This document shows, one piece after another, positions 60,698 to 64,000 of a stretch of DNA of 64,000 nt (the first letter of the stretch is position 1; each line of letters starts with the position of its first letter). Source of the DNA: Candidatus Latescibacterota bacterium (GTDB taxonomy: Bacteria > Latescibacterota > UBA2968); assembly GCA_965207885.1 (NCBI GenBank), contig OZ242311.1:224001-288000 (forward strand), in the 5' to 3' direction. A program made the translations under genes and the position numbers. The notes beneath the pieces were generated by a model. It was not told the DNA's origin. It saw only the letters and a list, made by a program, of their open reading frames with translations, and did no database searches.

Positions 60698-61906
60698 TTG
60701 TTTATTTTATCCATGAGTTTACGCCAAACGCTAACAAGGATCAGCACCGTGATTTTACGACAAATCGCCAGAGAATTGGCCGCGACGGCAAACGAATTTC
60801 CCGTAGTGACAATCATCGGTCCACGGCAGGCGGGAAAAACCACATTGGCACGCATGCAATTTCCCAACCACGCTTATGCGAACCTGGAAGCACCCGATAT
60901 ACGCATGCTTGCGACAAGCGATCCCCACGCTTTCTTCTCACAATTTCCCCCACCCGTTATCATCGACGAAATTCAGCGCGTCCCCGAACTGCTCTCAACC
61001 ATCCAAGTCCTCGCTGACAGCAGCCCTCAACGCGGGCAATATATACTCACGGGCAGTCATCAGTTGCGCCTTCAAGAAGCCGTTGCCCAATCCCTGGCCG
61101 GACGCACCGCCCTCTTGCGCCTGCTGCCCCTGTCGATATCAGAACTCAAAGCAACCGGTATCACACACACGCGCGACGAATTTATCTACCAAGGCTTTAT
61201 GCCCCGGCTTTACAACGAAAAAATCAATCCAACTCGCCTGTACCGAAATTACTGTCAAACCTATATCGAGCGCGACATCAGACAAATGATCAACCTCAGA
61301 CGCCTGATAGATTTTGAGAACTTCATGCGCCTGCTGGCCGGACGCGTCGGTCAGATTTTGAATCTGAGTTCTCTATCTAACGACGTGGGTGTGTCGAGTA
61401 CCACGCTAAAAGAATGGCTCTCCGTACTCGAAGCATCGCACACCATTTTCAGGTTGAATCCCTATTTTGAAAACTTTGGTAAACGCATCATCAAATCGCC
61501 AAAAATCTATTTTACCGATGTCGGACTCGCTTCCTACTTGCTCGGCATTGAATCGCCCGCACTCGCTACCCGGGATCCACTAATCGGCAATCTCTTTGAA
61601 AACATGGTCGTCATCGAAGCCCTGAAAGCCAGACTCAACGCGGGAAAAGAGCCTGAACTCTACTTTTACCGCGACAACAAAGGCAACGAAGTAGATCTGT
61701 TATTCAGGCAAAACAGGCAGTTAATCCCCATTGAAATCAAATCGGCTATGACCTTTAATCCAGAATTTGCAAAAGGCATCGCACAATTCCAAAAAATCGC
61801 GTCCTTCGCGCAAAAAGGCCACATCATCTACGCAGGCAATCTCACACCCGAACTGTCCCATGCCAGCGTACTGCATTTTACCGACGTGGATTACATCTTT
61901 CTATAA
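60698..61906 (+). CDS. AAA+ ATPase with DUF4143 domain
   Basis: GPRQAGKTT, IIDEIQ, LTGS, KSPKIYFTDVG, EVDL..IEIKS; true start may be GTG at 60749. Confidence 0.9.
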   Translation: MFILSMSLRQTLTRISTVILRQIARELAATANEFPVVTIIGPRQAGKTTLARMQFPNHAYANLEAPDIRMLATSDPHAFFSQFPPPVIIDEIQRVPELLSTIQVLADSSPQRGQYILTGSHQLRLQEAVAQSLAGRTALLRLLPLSISELKATGITHTRDEFIYQGFMPRLYNEKINPTRLYRNYCQTYIERDIRQMINLRRLIDFENFMRLLAGRVGQILNLSSLSNDVGVSSTTLKEWLSVLEASHTIFRLNPYFENFGKRIIKSPKIYFTDVGLASYLLGIESPALATRDPLIGNLFENMVVIEALKARLNAGKEPELYFYRDNKGNEVDLLFRQNRQLIPIEIKSAMTFNPEFAKGIAQFQKIASFAQKGHIIYAGNLTPELSHASVLHFTDVDYIFL

Positions 61907-61917
61907 TCGGAGCCGAT

Positions 61918-62655
61918 CTATTCGACCGCAAACAACCGGTTGCGCGCTGGCAGGCTGACAATCTTCGAGAAATGGTAGATCTGCAAATCGGGGTGGTCGG
62001 GATCGACCGTGGTGGGCACTTCGATCACGAAATCGGCAAAATGAGGGACATTAAAAGCCACAAAGGCCAGCATCAGGCAATCGATGAGCCGTTCGGGACG
62101 CCTCGAAAGATCCGGAAAGGCAATCGGACCCGTATCGACCTGGTAGCGGTCGTCGTCACGGCGGGTATTCATCGTCTTAACCGGACATTCAATCAGTGCC
62201 CGAAGGCCGGTATCGTCGTTGCGGATCTCCGTCTGAGAAACCAGCGGCGCAAAGCGATACGTCTCCTCGCGAATCGCCGAGTTCGTCGGCAACTCGCGAA
62301 TCGTCGTGCCTTCCACAAGGTGCAGGTCGTAACCGCCGAACATCTCCGTGTACGGGCGCGTTTCCCTGTAGCGATCGCTGAGATAGGCATGGCGCCTGAA
62401 AATGAGACCAAATCCGGCGCTAAATATCGGCAAGAAATCGTAGTTGTCCTGTATAAACAGATCCTGCTCGTGAAAGGTATTCTCGCTCTTGCATGAGGCT
62501 GTCTGGTAGAAATCCTCACAAATCCCCCGCCTGTCGTCAATGATGCGGGTGCGCGACTCGCTCCAGAAGCGCGCCTCATTGGCGTGCCCCTTCCCGACCA
62601 GGAACGAACGCCCGTAATCCAGTGGGGTCATGTCGATTTGCGTATTGTCACTCAT
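61918..62655 (-). CDS. Hypothetical protein
   Basis: GGAGGAAG before ATG 62655 (MSDNTQ..PLDYGRSF..CKSE..DNYDFLPIF). Confidence 0.7.
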   Translation of the reverse strand: MSDNTQIDMTPLDYGRSFLVGKGHANEARFWSESRTRIIDDRRGICEDFYQTASCKSENTFHEQDLFIQDNYDFLPIFSAGFGLIFRRHAYLSDRYRETRPYTEMFGGYDLHLVEGTTIRELPTNSAIREETYRFAPLVSQTEIRNDDTGLRALIECPVKTMNTRRDDDRYQVDTGPIAFPDLSRRPERLIDCLMLAFVAFNVPHFADFVIEVPTTVDPDHPDLQIYHFSKIVSLPARNRLFAVE

Positions 62656-62771
62656 AGGTCTTCCTCCGCCAGCGAAGCGCGCCGCTCGTCCGCCATATCC
62701 GCATTCCACACCTCAATAACAATATCCTCACAGCGTCGGAATACGAATCTCTCCATTTCACACTTCCTACT

Positions 62772-63770
62772 TCACACTTCACCCTTCAAAAACCCCTGAA
62801 CCCGCGGGTGATCAAGCACATCGGTATTCAGCACATCTCTGGGCGTACGACCTTCAAGCGCGTCAATAATTTGCTCCACACAACACTCGTCAAGCCGAAT
62901 AGCGGATTCCACAGTAATGCCCGCGTTGTGATTGGTACAGATAATGCGGGGGTGGTCTTTGTGAATCGCACGCGTCTGATTAACCGGATCATCGACGAGA
63001 TAATAATAGAGTCGCTCCTCTTTAATCGCCCGGTTCACCGCCTCGTCATCCACCAGATTGCCACGCGAGGGATTGATCACTGAAGCATGGGGTTTCATCG
63101 CGCAGAGCAAATCGTAGGTCACGACCGTATCATCGCCCGAAAGATGCAGAGAAATCGCATCGCATTCCTCAAAAAGGACGCGGGGATCATCTACCACCTC
63201 GGCATCGTACTGCGCGGCGACCTCGTCAATATCCGGACGGATATCATAGACCAGCAAGCGCCCAGAAGCGCCCAGAAGCGGACGCGCGCGCTCCGCCATC
63301 GCCTGACCGATCCGCCCCAAACCCCAAATACCCAGCGTAGAACCTTCCGCGTCATAAGTCCTGATAATCTCAAAATTCCCCGCATGGCTATTTCGGTTCA
63401 ACGTATAAACGCGCTTCAGCGCGGCCATCCACTGCGCGATCGCAAACTCGGCAACCGTAACCATATGCACGGGAGCAACCGTAACAAGAACACCGCAATC
63501 GGTCGCGCGCGGCACATCCACCTTTTCAAACCCCACACCCCACCGCGCAACAATGCGCAAATCGCGCGCCATCGCGTAAAACTCGGGCGAGAACACAACC
63601 GAATCCGCCAAAACACCCACCACACCCTCGGCGTGTTCAGCACCAAATTCGGACTCAGCGTAAAATTCCACCTCGGCGTAATCGCGCAATCTGTCAATCG
63701 CCCTTGTCCGCTCCTCAGATGCAAACTCGGGACCCTGTAATTTATCTGTAATGAGAATTCTTTGAGCCAT
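62772..63770 (-). CDS. D-isomer-specific 2-hydroxyacid dehydrogenase family protein
   Basis: RWGVGFEKVD, VAEF, GIWGLGRIG, INPSRGNLVD, NHNAG. Confidence 0.9.
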   Translation of the reverse strand: MAQRILITDKLQGPEFASEERTRAIDRLRDYAEVEFYAESEFGAEHAEGVVGVLADSVVFSPEFYAMARDLRIVARWGVGFEKVDVPRATDCGVLVTVAPVHMVTVAEFAIAQWMAALKRVYTLNRNSHAGNFEIIRTYDAEGSTLGIWGLGRIGQAMAERARPLLGASGRLLVYDIRPDIDEVAAQYDAEVVDDPRVLFEECDAISLHLSGDDTVVTYDLLCAMKPHASVINPSRGNLVDDEAVNRAIKEERLYYYLVDDPVNQTRAIHKDHPRIICTNHNAGITVESAIRLDECCVEQIIDALEGRTPRDVLNTDVLDHPRVQGFLKGEV

Positions 63771-63799
63771 AGTACTTGTCCTTAAAATAAAATTTGCCC

Positions 63800-64000
63800 C
63801 TATCCAATCAGCGGCAACAACGTCTCAGCGGTTTTCTCCACCAGAAAAGTGTAAAATTCCTCACTTAACAGACTACTCCCGTGATCCTGAATAAATTTGA
63901 GTTCCTCGGGTGTAATATCAACGGGATTGGTCTCCACCGCATTGGGATATTCATTCGCAGGCGTTCGGTCAATTGGCGCGACAAATTCCACCGTCAGCGC
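63800..64000 (-). CDS. C-terminal part of a protein that begins beyond the window
   Basis: Open frame running off the window end, co-oriented with the dehydrogenase. Confidence 0.5.
   Translation of the reverse strand, partial: ALTVEFVAPIDRTPANEYPNAVETNPVDITPEELKFIQDHGSSLLSEEFYTFLVEKTAETLLPLIG

Noticed and set aside
1-64000. CRISPR array, cas genes, rRNA, tRNA, reverse transcriptase
   Set aside because: No regularly spaced direct repeats or recognisable motifs were found by eye. The TnpBs have transposon ends rather than arrays.

Overview
Bacterial chromosomal window with a housekeeping backbone and heavy mobile-element and defence-cassette turnover. The gene content is FCB-group-like (inference only). 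Backbone genes: nadE, a PpiD/SurA-like foldase, an M23 peptidase, a rhomboid protease, a DUF2723 membrane protein, a short sigma-70, an orphan BMC shell protein, a sarcosine oxidase, three MacB/FtsX-like permeases, a LytS/LytTR pair, nrdA, a class Ic-type nrdB, epmA and a sulfatase. Seven insertion sequences are visible: three IS200/IS605 tnpB elements (the two complete ones carry no tnpA), two apparently identical 937-bp IS5 copies that both sit on TAG stop codons, one IS4-type element and one large DDE element that splits the LytS kinase. The most notable region is the ~7.7 kb between nrdA and nrdB. It holds an unannotated 45-aa Arg/Thr-rich micro-ORF, yegP, an MBL + E2-E1-JAB + membrane-protein ubiquitin-like conjugation operon, and an ABC-ATPase + TOPRIM pair inserted downstream of the NrdR-boxed promoter that should drive nrdB. 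Two other candidates for undescribed biology are a promoter-delimited ~105-nt switch-like RNA in front of two uncharacterised genes (19.6-22.6 kb), and a conserved, covarying structured element shared by the left ends of two divergent tnpB elements. No CRISPR array, rRNA or tRNA was seen. Family assignments come from motif recognition by eye, not from database searches.
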